Positions 63,713-64,000 of a stretch of DNA of 64,000 bases are shown one piece after another. Position 1 is the stretch's first letter; each line of letters starts with the position of its first letter. The stretch spans positions 2,507 to 66,506 of the forward strand of contig JAOAKO010000003.1 in assembly GCA_026413625.1 (NCBI GenBank). Reading direction: 5' to 3'. This stretch comes from Candidatus Micrarchaeota archaeon. Lineage in GTDB: Archaea; Micrarchaeota; Micrarchaeia; CABMEP01. The position numbers and the translations under genes are program-made. The notes under the pieces were generated by a model that saw only the letters and a program-made list of their open reading frames with translations, searched no databases and was not told the origin of the DNA.

Positions 63713-64000
63713 TCATTTCTTCAATTCGCTAATTATTTTACTTGCCTCTTGAGGATCCACATTCAATCTGTATTTAACCATAAGGGATTGAACGTCTTTT
63801 ATATTTTCCTTTATTATGAGCCCCTTAAGTTCTTCTCCGGATATTCTGAAAAGGCCGCTGTCTTTTATGACTTCATTCGCATGTCCGTTCCTTTTTATCA
63901 TTTCTTTTAATAGCTCAGGTATGGCTGCTTTCGTTATCTTTTCATCCCTATATAGCAACAGCGCTTCCTTTATATCTTCTTCACTAAGTTTTGCAATTTC
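63713..64000 (-). CDS. C-terminal fragment of Glu/Asp-tRNA amidotransferase subunit (GatE/GatB YqeY-like tail); 5' end beyond window
   Basis: The frame is open to the window edge: EIAKLSEEDIKEALLLYRDEKITKAAIPELLKEMIKRNGHANEVIKDSGL..LMVKYRLNVDPQEASKIISELKK. This resembles the GatB/GatE C-terminal helical domain. Confidence 0.55.
   Translation of the reverse strand, partial: EIAKLSEEDIKEALLLYRDEKITKAAIPELLKEMIKRNGHANEVIKDSGLFRISGEELKGLIIKENIKDVQSLMVKYRLNVDPQEASKIISELKK

Noticed and set aside
1-64000. CRISPR arrays, cas genes, transposases, IS elements
   Set aside because: I saw no regularly spaced direct repeats, and no Cas, transposase or integrase motifs in any frame. The only tandem repetition is the in-frame Cys-rich coding repeat at 15917-16846.

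Overview
This is an AT-rich, gene-dense archaeal chromosome segment using the standard genetic code, with GGTG-type Shine-Dalgarno sequences before many genes. About 75 genes are supportable. The archaeal information-processing core includes Orc1/Cdc6, aIF2-gamma, DnaG, Hjc, Pelota, RtcB with archease, Topo VI A and B, FtsZ, RadA and SecE-Spt5-L11...L1-P0-P1. It also includes L7Ae-S28e-L24e (L24e falls below the ORF-track cutoff), S6e and Sec61-beta. RNA genes are a stand-alone 5S rRNA and three tRNAs, two of which carry introns. The gene content (AMP phosphorylase plus an e2b2 isomerase, many orphan membrane and surface proteins, few biosynthetic genes) suggests a small-genome, possibly DPANN-like archaeon. 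That assignment is inference only. Several genes look bacterial in type: a full-length RelA/SpoT (p)ppGpp synthetase-hydrolase, and IspG plus IspH of the MEP pathway with no other MEP genes in the window. The main finding is a co-directional nine-gene locus at 54945-62517. It encodes three paralogous VirB2/TrbC-like pilin candidates, each with one conserved extracytoplasmic Cys pair. It also encodes a VirB3-like TM hairpin fused to a VirB4-N-domain-like module, a separate VirB4/HerA-class ATPase, and three orphan proteins including an 868-aa bitopic membrane protein. No relaxase, coupling protein or integrase is present. I read this as a chromosomal conjugative-pilus or Ced/Ted-like apparatus of non-canonical composition. 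Other notable items are a lipoprotein made of 12 tandem 4-Cys modules next to a GILT/DsbA-like exported oxidoreductase, a three-gene insertion splitting the L11/L1 ribosomal cluster, and several orphan proteins. I saw no CRISPR array, transposase or integrase.
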